From an uncultured Verrucomicrobiae bacterium (GTDB lineage Bacteria; Verrucomicrobiota; Verrucomicrobiia; Chthoniobacterales; JAATET01), in the NCBI GenBank assembly GCA_963803825.1, contig CAWDOJ010000011.1:211170-275169 (forward strand): DNA of 64,000 bases, given 5' to 3'. Position numbers and translations under genes: made by a program. Below, in pieces: positions 19,391 to 27,796 of the stretch. Within the stretch, counting starts at the first letter, position 1, and each line of letters starts with the position of its first letter. The notes below the pieces were generated by a model. The model was not told the DNA's origin. It worked only from the letters and a program-made list of their open reading frames with translations, and made no database searches.

Positions 19391-20637
19391 CTACCGATCG
19401 CACTCACCCATCACGAAATCCACGCTTCCCAGGATCGACACGCAATCGCTCACCAGATGTCCCGGCAGTAGTTTCGACATGATGCTCAAGTTCACGAACG
19501 ACGGTGCCCGGATCTTCAGCCGGTAAGGCACCCCGCCGCCCTTGCTGAGAATGTAAAAACCAAGTTCGCCCTTCGGATTTTCCGCCCCGAAGTAGATCTC
19601 TCCCTCCGGAGCATCGATCCCTTGCGTCGTCACGATGAAATGGTGGATCAGCTCCTCCATCTTTGTCATCACGTCGATCTTCGGCGGCAACGAACTCTTC
19701 GGGTCGAAGTAATTGATGACCCCAGTCGGAAGATCCGCCAGCACTTGTCGGATGATTTTGCAGCTTTGCCGCATCTCCTCCATCCGCACCAGATACCGGT
19801 CGTAACAATCCCCCACCTCGCCGATCGGAACATCGAAATCGTATTTCTCGTAGTCCAGATAAGGGTTCGCCCGCCGCACATCGTGCTCAACTCCGCTCCC
19901 GCGAAGATTCGGCCCCGAGATGGCATACGCAATCGCGTCTTCCTTCGAGATCACCCCGACGTCCTTCGTGCGATCAACGAAGATACGATTCCGACTGAGC
20001 AGTTTATCCAGCTCGTCCCAGACCGGTAGGAACGAGGCGATGAACGCCTCCGTCTGTGCCGGGAAGGTCTCCGGTAGATCACGCGTCTGGCCGCCCACTC
20101 GGGTGTAACTGGTCGTGAACCGCGCTCCCGTGAGTTGCTCGATCAAGTTATAGATTTTCTCCCGCTCCGTGAAAGTGAACAGGAAGATCGACGTGGCCCC
20201 CAGGTCCAACCCGTAGGCCCCGATCCCCAAGAGATGCGCCGAGATCCGGGCGAGCTCGCACGCAATAACGCGGATCGCCTTCCCCCGAGGCGGAGCTCCC
20301 AGCCCATCAACTTCTCGACCGCCAGCGCGTAAGCCACGTTGTTGGCCAGTGGAGCCAGGTAGTCCAACCGGTCCGTGTAGGGCACGAACTGGTTATACTG
20401 CATGTTCTCCGCGATCTTCTCGTCGCCCCGGTGCAGGTAGCCGCAATCCGGAGTCGCTTTCGTGATGATCTCGCCGTCCATCTCGAGGATCAACCGCAGC
20501 ACCCCGTGCGTGGATGGGTGCGATGGCCCCATGTTAAGAGTCATCGTCTCGCCCAGCAACTCACCGCCCTCCTGCGAACTTTCCAAGTTTTGGAGGCTGC
20601 GCGTCAGCGTGTCGGGTTGCTCGTAGGTCGTGGGCAT
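19391..20637 (-). CDS. nuoD: NADH-quinone oxidoreductase subunit D; -1 break near 20292
   Basis: [16 protein letters not shown]...[12 protein letters not shown]...[11 protein letters not shown], then in the next frame [32 protein letters not shown]...RAPSFVNL...DFVMGECDR. No other nuo gene flanks it. Confidence 0.85.
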
Positions 20638-20687
20638 CTTGGGATCTATTTACGCTCGAAAGTGAAATGCAGTTTGCCATCGTCCGA

Positions 20688-20709
20688 CTTTGTGAAAAAT
20701 TTCACAAAC
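20688..20709. promoter_or_regulatory. perfect CRP/FNR-family-type palindrome TGTGA-N6-TCACA
   Basis: actttgtgaaaaatttcacaaact, with TGTGA at 20691-20695 and TCACA at 20702-20706. It sits in the 76-bp divergent nuoD/ndh intergenic region. Confidence 0.45.
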
Positions 20710-20713
20710 TCCG

Positions 20714-22027
20714 ATGACCGCGAACGCTGCCACTCTGTCGACCGACTCGAAAAAATCAAGCCTACCCGTAGTCGTCATTATCGGAGGTGGATTTGGCGGA
20801 CTCTCCGCCGCTCGCGCACTGAAGGACGCGCCAGTGCAAGTCATCGTCGTCGACCGCACCAATCACCACCTCTTCCAGCCGCTTCTCTACCAAGTGGCCA
20901 CCGCCGGCCTCTCGCCCGCCGACATCGCCAAGCCAATCCGCTCCATCCTTCGCAATCAGCGCAACGTCACTTGCGTCATGGCCGAGGTCACCGAGATCGA
21001 CGTGCAGGCCCGCACCGTCACCAGCGCCCACGGCACCTTTCTCTACGACCACCTCATCCTCGCCACCGGCGCGCGCCATTCCTACTTCGGCCACGACGAA
21101 TGGGCCGACCTCGCCCCCGGCCTGAAGAGCCTCCAGGACGCCACCGAGATCCGCCGCCGCGTCCTCACCGCGTTTGAAGAAGCGGAAAAAATCGACGACC
21201 CAGACGCCCGCAAGGCGCACATGACCTTTATCGTCGTCGGCGGTGGACCGACGGGCGTGGAGATGGCGGGGGCCATCGCCGAACTCGCCCACCGCTCGCT
21301 CAGCCAGGACTTCCGCCGCATCGACCCCCGCCACGCCCGCGTCCTCCTCGTCGAAGCCGCCCCCCGCATCCTCGGAAGCTACGCGGAAGATCTCTCCGCC
21401 AGCGCGGTCAAACAGCTCGAATCCCTCGGCGTTGAGGTCAAACTCGGCGATCCCGTCAAAGACATCGAGCAAGGCAAGGTGACGCTGGCAAGCGGACCCA
21501 TCCGCTGCGGCACCGTCGTCTGGGCCGCCGGAAACCAAGCCTCGAGCTTGGCAAAGAAGATCCCCGTCGACACCGACACACAAGGCCGCGCTTTGGTCAA
21601 CCAGGACCTCACCATCCCCGGCCACCCCGACGTCCAAGTCATCGGCGACATCATCGCGATCAAAGACAAGAAGGGGAACCCCGTCCCCGGCGTCGCCCCC
21701 GCCGCCATGCAAGCCGGCACCCACGCCGGCAAGAATATCGCACGGCAACTCGAGGCCAAGCCCCCGACCGACTTCTGGTATTTTGACAAAGGCAGCCTCG
21801 CCACCATCGGACGCCACCGCGGTATCGGCGACCTGGGATTTGCCAAGGTCACCGGCTTCGTTGCTTGGTTCGCCTGGGCGTTCATCCACCTATTTTTCCT
21901 CATCGGCTTCCGCAACCGAGTCCTGGTTTTTTTCCAGTGGGCCTGGGCCTACTTCAGCTTCGCCCGGGGTGCCCGCCTCATCTCCCAGCCCCCGGAGGGC
22001 CACCACCCTCCGCACCCTCCGAAATAA
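20714..22027 (+). CDS. ndh: type II NADH dehydrogenase (NDH-2) family FAD-dependent oxidoreductase
   Basis: VVVIIGGGFGGLSAARAL and FIVVGGGPTGVEMAGAI dinucleotide folds, VWAAGNQAS, and a C-terminal hydrophobic anchor region. Confidence 0.8.
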   Translation: MTANAATLSTDSKKSSLPVVVIIGGGFGGLSAARALKDAPVQVIVVDRTNHHLFQPLLYQVATAGLSPADIAKPIRSILRNQRNVTCVMAEVTEIDVQARTVTSAHGTFLYDHLILATGARHSYFGHDEWADLAPGLKSLQDATEIRRRVLTAFEEAEKIDDPDARKAHMTFIVVGGGPTGVEMAGAIAELAHRSLSQDFRRIDPRHARVLLVEAAPRILGSYAEDLSASAVKQLESLGVEVKLGDPVKDIEQGKVTLASGPIRCGTVVWAAGNQASSLAKKIPVDTDTQGRALVNQDLTIPGHPDVQVIGDIIAIKDKKGNPVPGVAPAAMQAGTHAGKNIARQLEAKPPTDFWYFDKGSLATIGRHRGIGDLGFAKVTGFVAWFAWAFIHLFFLIGFRNRVLVFFQWAWAYFSFARGARLISQPPEGHHPPHPPK

Positions 22028-22041
22028 AACGCAGCATCCCC

Positions 22042-23004
22042 GTGCGCTGCTTCTACTCGCCCGGCTACCACCTCGAACTCCCCGCCGGGCACCCCTTCCC
22101 GATGCGGAAGTTCCGCGACGCGCACCGTTTCCTCCTCGCCGGAAAAGTCCTCGTGCCCTCCGACGTGACCCTCGTCGACCCGGCCACTCGCCCCACCCTC
22201 GAACGCGTCCACCACCCCGCCTACCTCGACAAACTCATCGCGGGAACCTTCACCGATCGCGAGCGAACCGCTCTGGGTCTCCCTCCCGGCCCCGACCTCT
22301 ACGAGCGCAGTGCCCGGGAGGTCGAAGGCACGCGGCGCGCCGCCCGCACGGCACTCTCAGATGGCATCGCCGCCAACCTCGCCGGCGGCACCCACCACGC
22401 CTTCCCCGACCACGGCGAAGGCTTCTGCGTTCTCAACGACGTCGCCATCGCCATCCGCGATCTCCAAACGGACCACCCCGACCTTCGCGTCTTCGTCTGC
22501 GACACCGACGCCCACCAAGGCAACGGCACCCACGCGATCTTCGCCGGTGAACCCACCGTCTTCACCTACTCGATCCACGTCGGACGCAACTACCCCTCCC
22601 GCAAAGTTCCTGGTTGCCTCGACGTCCCCCTCGACCGCTTCGCTTCGGGGGAAACCTTCCTCGCGGACCTCCGCGCCACCCTCCCCGGCGCCGTCGAACG
22701 CTTCCGGCCCGACCTCACAATCTGGATCTCCGGAGCCGATCCCCACCGCAACGATCGCTTCGGCCAGCTCCAGCTCACCGCCCGCGACATGACCGCCCGA
22801 GACGCCTTCGTAACGAGCTTCTTTCTCGAGCACCAAATCCCCTTGGCGGTCCTCTACGGCGGGGGCTACAACCGCGAAGTGGAAAACACCGCTCGCCTCC
22901 ACCGTAACACCATCGCCACCGCAACTGCCATTTCCAGAACTGGCGAATGGCAATCGCCGACCCGCTTGAAACGCATAGCCTCCGATCCGCAGTCCCTGCC
23001 GTGA
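22042..23004 (+). CDS. histone deacetylase family (arginase-fold) deacetylase
   Basis: The GTG at 22042 gives VRCFYSPGYHL. HDAC signatures: GGTHHAFPDHGEGFCVLNDVAIA, DTDAHQGNGT, GGGY. Confidence 0.8.
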   Translation: MRCFYSPGYHLELPAGHPFPMRKFRDAHRFLLAGKVLVPSDVTLVDPATRPTLERVHHPAYLDKLIAGTFTDRERTALGLPPGPDLYERSAREVEGTRRAARTALSDGIAANLAGGTHHAFPDHGEGFCVLNDVAIAIRDLQTDHPDLRVFVCDTDAHQGNGTHAIFAGEPTVFTYSIHVGRNYPSRKVPGCLDVPLDRFASGETFLADLRATLPGAVERFRPDLTIWISGADPHRNDRFGQLQLTARDMTARDAFVTSFFLEHQIPLAVLYGGGYNREVENTARLHRNTIATATAISRTGEWQSPTRLKRIASDPQSLP

Positions 23005-23918
23005 AGATCGCCATCCTCGGCTCTGGTGCCATCGGCCTCTACTACGGCACCAAGCTCGCCCTCGCCGGCCACGAAGTCCATTTTCACCTCCGCAGCGGCC
23101 TCGACCAAGCGCGCACCGAAGGCATCCACGTCGACAGCGAATCCGACGGCCCTCTGCATCTCCAACCCGTCCGCTCTCACGCCAGCCCCGCCACCATCGG
23201 CCACTGCGACCTCGTCATCGTCGCTCTGAAAACAACGCAGAACGCCGTCCTTCCCGACCTCATTCCTTCCATGCTCTCGGTCAGCACGCAGATTCTTACC
23301 CTTCAAAACGGCCTCGGCAGCGACGATTTTCTCGCCCGTCACTTCGGGCCCCACCGTATCCTCGGCGGCCTCTGCTTCATCTGCCTCACCCGTACTAGCC
23401 CCGCCTCCGTCCGCCACGTTGGCAACAGCTCGCTCTCCATCGGCGAATTCACCGGTCCGCCGAGACCCCGCACCCGCGATATTGTGCGCGCGTTCCAGAC
23501 CGCCGGAGTCCGCACCCGCCTCGCCGACAACCTAGCCGCCGAGCGCTGGCGCAAACTGGTCTGGAACATCCCCTTCAACGGCCTAGCCGTCACTGCGGGC
23601 GGCCTCACCGTCGACCGACTACTCGCTGATCCGACCCTCGCTGTCGAAGTCACGGCCCTCATGCGCGAAGTGATCGCCATCGCCACCGCCCTGGGCCACC
23701 CCATCGACGCGGCTTTCATCACGGACCAGATCGCCCGAACCAAAGAGATGGGCCCATACGTCCCCTCCACCCTCAGCGACCACCGCGCCGGCAGCGAACT
23801 CGAGATCGACGCCATCTGGACCCAACCCCTCAACCAAGCAAAAGCAACGAAGACTCCCACCCCTCACCTCGCCCGGCTGCACCGAGACCTGCTTGCGAAG
23901 AACCAAGCCTCAAAATGA
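23001..23918 (+). CDS. panE: 2-dehydropantoate 2-reductase (ApbA/PanE family)
   Basis: The GTG at 23001 overlaps the upstream stop (GTGA). VKIAILGSGAIGLYYG Rossmann start, LQNGLG, and the C-terminal ApbA-type domain. Confidence 0.75.
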   Translation: MKIAILGSGAIGLYYGTKLALAGHEVHFHLRSGLDQARTEGIHVDSESDGPLHLQPVRSHASPATIGHCDLVIVALKTTQNAVLPDLIPSMLSVSTQILTLQNGLGSDDFLARHFGPHRILGGLCFICLTRTSPASVRHVGNSSLSIGEFTGPPRPRTRDIVRAFQTAGVRTRLADNLAAERWRKLVWNIPFNGLAVTAGGLTVDRLLADPTLAVEVTALMREVIAIATALGHPIDAAFITDQIARTKEMGPYVPSTLSDHRAGSELEIDAIWTQPLNQAKATKTPTPHLARLHRDLLAKNQASK

Positions 23919-24691
23919 ATCCAGCCATCCCACCCGCCCTCACCTCATCACGCGCCAAGACAGCCATCGTCCTCGGCTCCGGACTCAACCCCTTCGTCGA
24001 TGCCCTCACCATCACCGACATCATCCCATTCGCCACCATCCCCGACCACCCGGTCTCCACGGTCCCCGGCCACAAAGGCCAATACGCCACCGGCACGCTC
24101 GACGGCGCGCCCATCATTGTCGTCCAAGGCCGCGTTCACCTCTACGAAGGCTGGTCCGCCGCTGCAGTCGCCTCCTCCGTTCGCCTCCTCCACGCCGCCG
24201 GGATCGAGCGCCTCATCCTCACCAACGCCGCTGGCACGCTGCACCCCGACCACCCCCCCGGATCTTGGATGATGCTCTCCGACCACCTCAATCTCACCGG
24301 CCAATCCCCCCTCACCGGCGGCCCAAATTTCATCGATCTCACCGAGACCTACGACGCCACCATCCGCGCCACGTTTCGCACCGAAGCCACCACCCTCGGG
24401 ATCCCCCTTCACGAGGGAGTCTACGCCAGCCTCCCCGGCCCGCAATACGAGACTCCCGCCGAGATCCGCATGCTCCGCACCCTCGGGGCCGACGCCGTCG
24501 GCATGTCCACCGTCCCCGAAGCCATCCAAGCGCGGGCCCTCGGGCTGAAAGTCGTTGCCTTCTCCTGCCTCACCAACTGGGCCGCCGGCATCACCCCCAA
24601 CGCACTCAATCACGAAGAAGTCACCTCCACCGGCCGCTTCGCTGCCCACACCCTCATCACCCTCCTCCAGCGCACGATCACAAAACTCTGA
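23915..24691 (+). CDS. purine nucleoside phosphorylase (PNP/MTAP family 2)
   Basis: ATGA overlap with panE. GRVHLYEG, LILTNAAG, and GVYASLPGPQYETPAEIRMLRTLGADAVGMSTVPE. Confidence 0.85.
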   Translation: MNPAIPPALTSSRAKTAIVLGSGLNPFVDALTITDIIPFATIPDHPVSTVPGHKGQYATGTLDGAPIIVVQGRVHLYEGWSAAAVASSVRLLHAAGIERLILTNAAGTLHPDHPPGSWMMLSDHLNLTGQSPLTGGPNFIDLTETYDATIRATFRTEATTLGIPLHEGVYASLPGPQYETPAEIRMLRTLGADAVGMSTVPEAIQARALGLKVVAFSCLTNWAAGITPNALNHEEVTSTGRFAAHTLITLLQRTITKL

Positions 24692-24845
24692 CGCCCCCGC
24701 GCCACAGTTCGCACCCCCCCTTCCTGCCAATAAAACCGACGGGCGTCATTTCTACTGGCAAGGCGGATGTGGGCGGTTTGGTGGGGTTTCTGGCATTTGG
24801 CATTCCGAAATGGGCATTTCTCATTTAGGGGTAGCCGCCTTCCCG

Positions 24846-25436
24846 ATGGACGAAACGATCGACGAGACCCCCGACGACGACCTGGTGCGCCGCACCAAAG
24901 AGGGGGATGCCACGGCTTTCGATGTCTTGGTGACGCGTTACAGCCCTCGGCTCTACGGACTCGTTTACAACATGACCTCCAACCACGAGGACACCAACGA
25001 CCTGCTTCAGGACGTCTTCGCGAAAGCGTTTCGCTCCATCAAGGGTTTCCGCCAGCAATCCAGCTTCTACACTTGGATCCACACGATCGGGATGAACATG
25101 ACGATTAACTTCCTCAAGAAGCGCAATCGCCGCCGCGGACCGAGCCTCGACGACGAGGAATCATTCGTCGCCAACCATCCGGACTTCATCGAAGCCACGT
25201 CAAACACCGACCCTCGCCGTGAAGCTGGCCTCTCCGAACTTCAAAAAAGATTGAACGAGTCCCTCAAGAAGCTGTCTCACGATCACAGAGCCGTGGTTAC
25301 GATGTTCGACATCCAGGGAATGCCACACGCCGAAATCGCGAAGATCTTGAAAATTTCCGAAGGCACCGTGCGTTCCCGATTGTTTTACGCCCACCGGCAG
25401 TTGCAAAATTACTTGGAAGAATTTAGAGGAGCTTAG
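24846..25436 (+). CDS. ECF-type RNA polymerase sigma-70 factor
   Basis: The ATG at 24846 gives MDETIDE. Region 2: FDVLVTRYSPRLYGLVYNM...DLLQDVFAKAFR. Region 4: AEIAKILKISEGTVRSRLFYAHRQL. Confidence 0.85.
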   Translation: MDETIDETPDDDLVRRTKEGDATAFDVLVTRYSPRLYGLVYNMTSNHEDTNDLLQDVFAKAFRSIKGFRQQSSFYTWIHTIGMNMTINFLKKRNRRRGPSLDDEESFVANHPDFIEATSNTDPRREAGLSELQKRLNESLKKLSHDHRAVVTMFDIQGMPHAEIAKILKISEGTVRSRLFYAHRQLQNYLEEFRGA

Positions 25437-25442
25437 ACCGAC

Positions 25443-25859
25443 ATGAAGATCGACCCGACCCAAATCCAGAACCTTCTCCGCGAACGTCGTAATCCAGCGC
25501 CACCGACCGAAGACTACTTCGAAGACTTCCTGCTCGACTTCCAGCGCCGCCAGCGGAGTGAGATGCTGCGCCGCCCGACTCGCGAGATCCTCTGGGATCG
25601 GGCGATGTTCTGGCTCGATGGTTTCCGTGTCCCGACGATGGCCTACGCTTCGATTGTTGCTGTCGCCGTAGCCGTGACCGGGGTCATGCTCTCCGGCCCG
25701 CAAGGGATCGATCAAACCTCACCGACGACCGCCGCCAGCTTCACCGCGCCAGCACCTTTGAGCGTGCCTGTGGCGACCGTTTCGACCGGTGGGAATCTTC
25801 CCCCAAGTTACGTCCTCGAGAATCGTCCGGTTTCCAACGACCAACCGTTCAGCTTCTAG
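25443..25859 (+). CDS. putative single-pass anti-sigma factor
   Basis: Starts 7 nt after the sigma stop. 138 aa with one TM segment (MAYASIVAVAVAVTGVML). The call rests on position and topology only. Confidence 0.45.
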   Translation: MKIDPTQIQNLLRERRNPAPPTEDYFEDFLLDFQRRQRSEMLRRPTREILWDRAMFWLDGFRVPTMAYASIVAVAVAVTGVMLSGPQGIDQTSPTTAASFTAPAPLSVPVATVSTGGNLPPSYVLENRPVSNDQPFSF

Positions 25860-25863
25860 GAAT

Positions 25864-26923
25864 TTGCGAAAACGTTGCCCCTGGCTCGAAGCGTTCGCTG
25901 CGGCAGTCATTTTCTTGGCGGCGCTTCCCGGGCATCTTCACGCTGAGGACAGCTCCTTGGCGGATTCGATTTCCGACCGAGTTCAGGATCTTTTCCGGAT
26001 TCACAAAGATGCCGTGGTTCGCGTCGAAGGATCCGACCGACACGGCCGCCTCGAAGGCACTGGATTCTACGCAGATCCGTCTGGCACGATCTACACACTG
26101 ACGGTCGCCATCGGCGATGGCGAGAACATCACGGTTCACCAAGGTCAGCGAAAATTTCCGGCCCGGCTGCTCATATCCGACCCCCGCACGGGCATCGCGA
26201 TCATCAAAGTCGATGCAAATACCCCGTTTCTACCCATCGGTGACTCTTCGGAGGTCGAACTCGCCACTCCCATCGTGTCGATTGGTTATCCGATGGGACT
26301 CCCCGAGACTCCGAATTTCGGGACCGTTGCCGGGTTCGATCGCGAGTATCTCAACCGCTATTTTCGGGTCACTCACATCCGGGCTAACCTACCCGTTCAG
26401 CGCGGAGTTGGCGGGGCACCCGTCATGAATCTCGACGGCAAAGTCGTCGGGATTGTGGTCGCGGGGGTCGACGGAAACGCCGGTTGTTTCATGCTGCCAA
26501 TCAACGCCGCTGAAAAGGCTCGGATGGAATATGAGCGCTTCGGCGAGCTCCGCCCGGGGTGGGCGGGCGTCTCGGTGGAGCGCGCATCGGATCCAGCGCT
26601 ACCCTCCTCCGCTCGCGTTGCGAACCTGCACGTCGATACCCCGGCTTCGGAAAGCGGCCTTCAGGATGGTGACATCGTGACCCGCGTTGGCGACGTCCCG
26701 GTCCGCACGCCCGAGGACTTGATCGACGCCTCTTTCTTCCTCACGGCGGGCGACCAGAAGCTCGATCGTTGTCTATCGCGACGGTCGCGAGCTGACCCTC
26801 GACTTCCACTCCGCTCCTCATCCAGACACCCCCGAACGCGAGGAAGCGTTGACCCCCTTTGTCAACGATCTCCCTCGGCTCCGACTCGATGGGACGGGAT
26901 CCAAGGCACTCACTCGGCCCTAG
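25864..26923 (+). CDS. HtrA/DegS-like trypsin-fold protein with PDZ domain; catalytic triad apparently not conserved; +1 break at 26767
   Basis: The TTG at 25864 follows the anti-sigma stop. GTGFYADPSGTIYTLTVAIG aligns to GSGF...ILTNAHVV (His to Val). GIAIIKV aligns to DLAVLKI (Asp to Gly). RGVGGAPVMNLDGKVVGIV aligns to GNSGGPL (Ser to Val). PDZ-like segment GLQDGDIVTRVGDVPV. After 26767 the next frame reads VVYRDGRELTLDF... and ends at TAG 26921-26923. Confidence 0.65.
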
Positions 26924-26938
26924 ACGTTCGGAGATCGG

Positions 26939-27349
26939 CTACCGACCGAGCTCTACCAACTGGGAGAACTCTGCGGCAACCAGCGGCATCACGCTCAACC
27001 GGGACTGTCGGACCAACGCGATGTCCTGGAGCGACTCCTCCGCCTTCACCGTAGCCAGCGACACTTCCCTCTTCAACCGAGTCGTGGGCACGAGGTCCAC
27101 GCACACCCATTCGCCTTCCGAAGCGGTCGGATCTGGGTAAGCGCCCCGGGCCACCTCGGCGATCCCAATGACCGCGCGCACCTTGCCGCTGTGATAGAAC
27201 AGCACCGCGTCGCCGACGCTCATCGCGCGCAAATTGATCCGGGCTTGAAAGTTCCGCACGCCCGTCCAAGCCGTCCGCCCATCCTTCTCAAAATCATCCC
27301 AAGAGTAGTCGTCCGGCTCCTGCTTCACTAACCAATGCTTTTTTGCCAT
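26939..27349 (-). CDS. EVE (PUA-like) domain protein
   Basis: MAKKHWLVKQEPDDYSWDDFEKDGRTAWTGVRNFQARINLRAMSVGDAVLFYHSG...RLSVMPL, the canonical EVE pattern. Confidence 0.8.
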   Translation of the reverse strand: MAKKHWLVKQEPDDYSWDDFEKDGRTAWTGVRNFQARINLRAMSVGDAVLFYHSGKVRAVIGIAEVARGAYPDPTASEGEWVCVDLVPTTRLKREVSLATVKAEESLQDIALVRQSRLSVMPLVAAEFSQLVELGR

Positions 27350-27373
27350 AAATCCTGCCCCGCCGCTTCGGCG

Positions 27374-27796
27374 CTAATCCACAAATCTCTTCACTGCCGT
27401 CACGACGTTCCGTCCATTGACCCGCTCGTACCGCAGTTCCGACATTGATTTTCTGACGAGGAAGATACCCAGCCCCCCGATCTCGCGATCTTCTGCGGCC
27501 GCGTCCACGTCCGGCTCCGCCTCTGCCAACGGGTCGAACTCGCGGCCTTCATCGCTCACTACGAGAGTCATCGCTTCCCCATCCACCCTCGACGTCACCT
27601 CGATCTCGTGCTCCGCGTCGTCGTCGTACCCGTATTTCAAAGTGTTGGTCACCAGCTCCTCGAGGGCAAGTTCCGCTGCAAAGACCACGCTCGTGGGCAC
27701 CGCGTTTGCCCTTAAGAACTCCGACACCTTTCGACTGAGCGGCACAAACTCTTCAAACGAATTCTTCTGCGTCAGCCGGATCTCTTTCGCCTTCAA
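27374..27796 (-). CDS. RsbW/SpoIIAB-like anti-sigma serine kinase (HATPase_c_2 type)
   Basis: 140 aa. N-box-like ALEELVTNTLKYG and G-box IGGLGIFLVRK. The TTG start overlaps the upstream stop (TTGA). Confidence 0.7.
   Translation of the reverse strand: MKAKEIRLTQKNSFEEFVPLSRKVSEFLRANAVPTSVVFAAELALEELVTNTLKYGYDDDAEHEIEVTSRVDGEAMTLVVSDEGREFDPLAEAEPDVDAAAEDREIGGLGIFLVRKSMSELRYERVNGRNVVTAVKRFVD

Noticed and set aside
24770-24830. A possible sigma-54 promoter (tggcatttggcattcc) upstream of the ECF sigma gene.
   Set aside because: The GG-N10-GC spacing of the -24/-12 consensus is not satisfied in any register.
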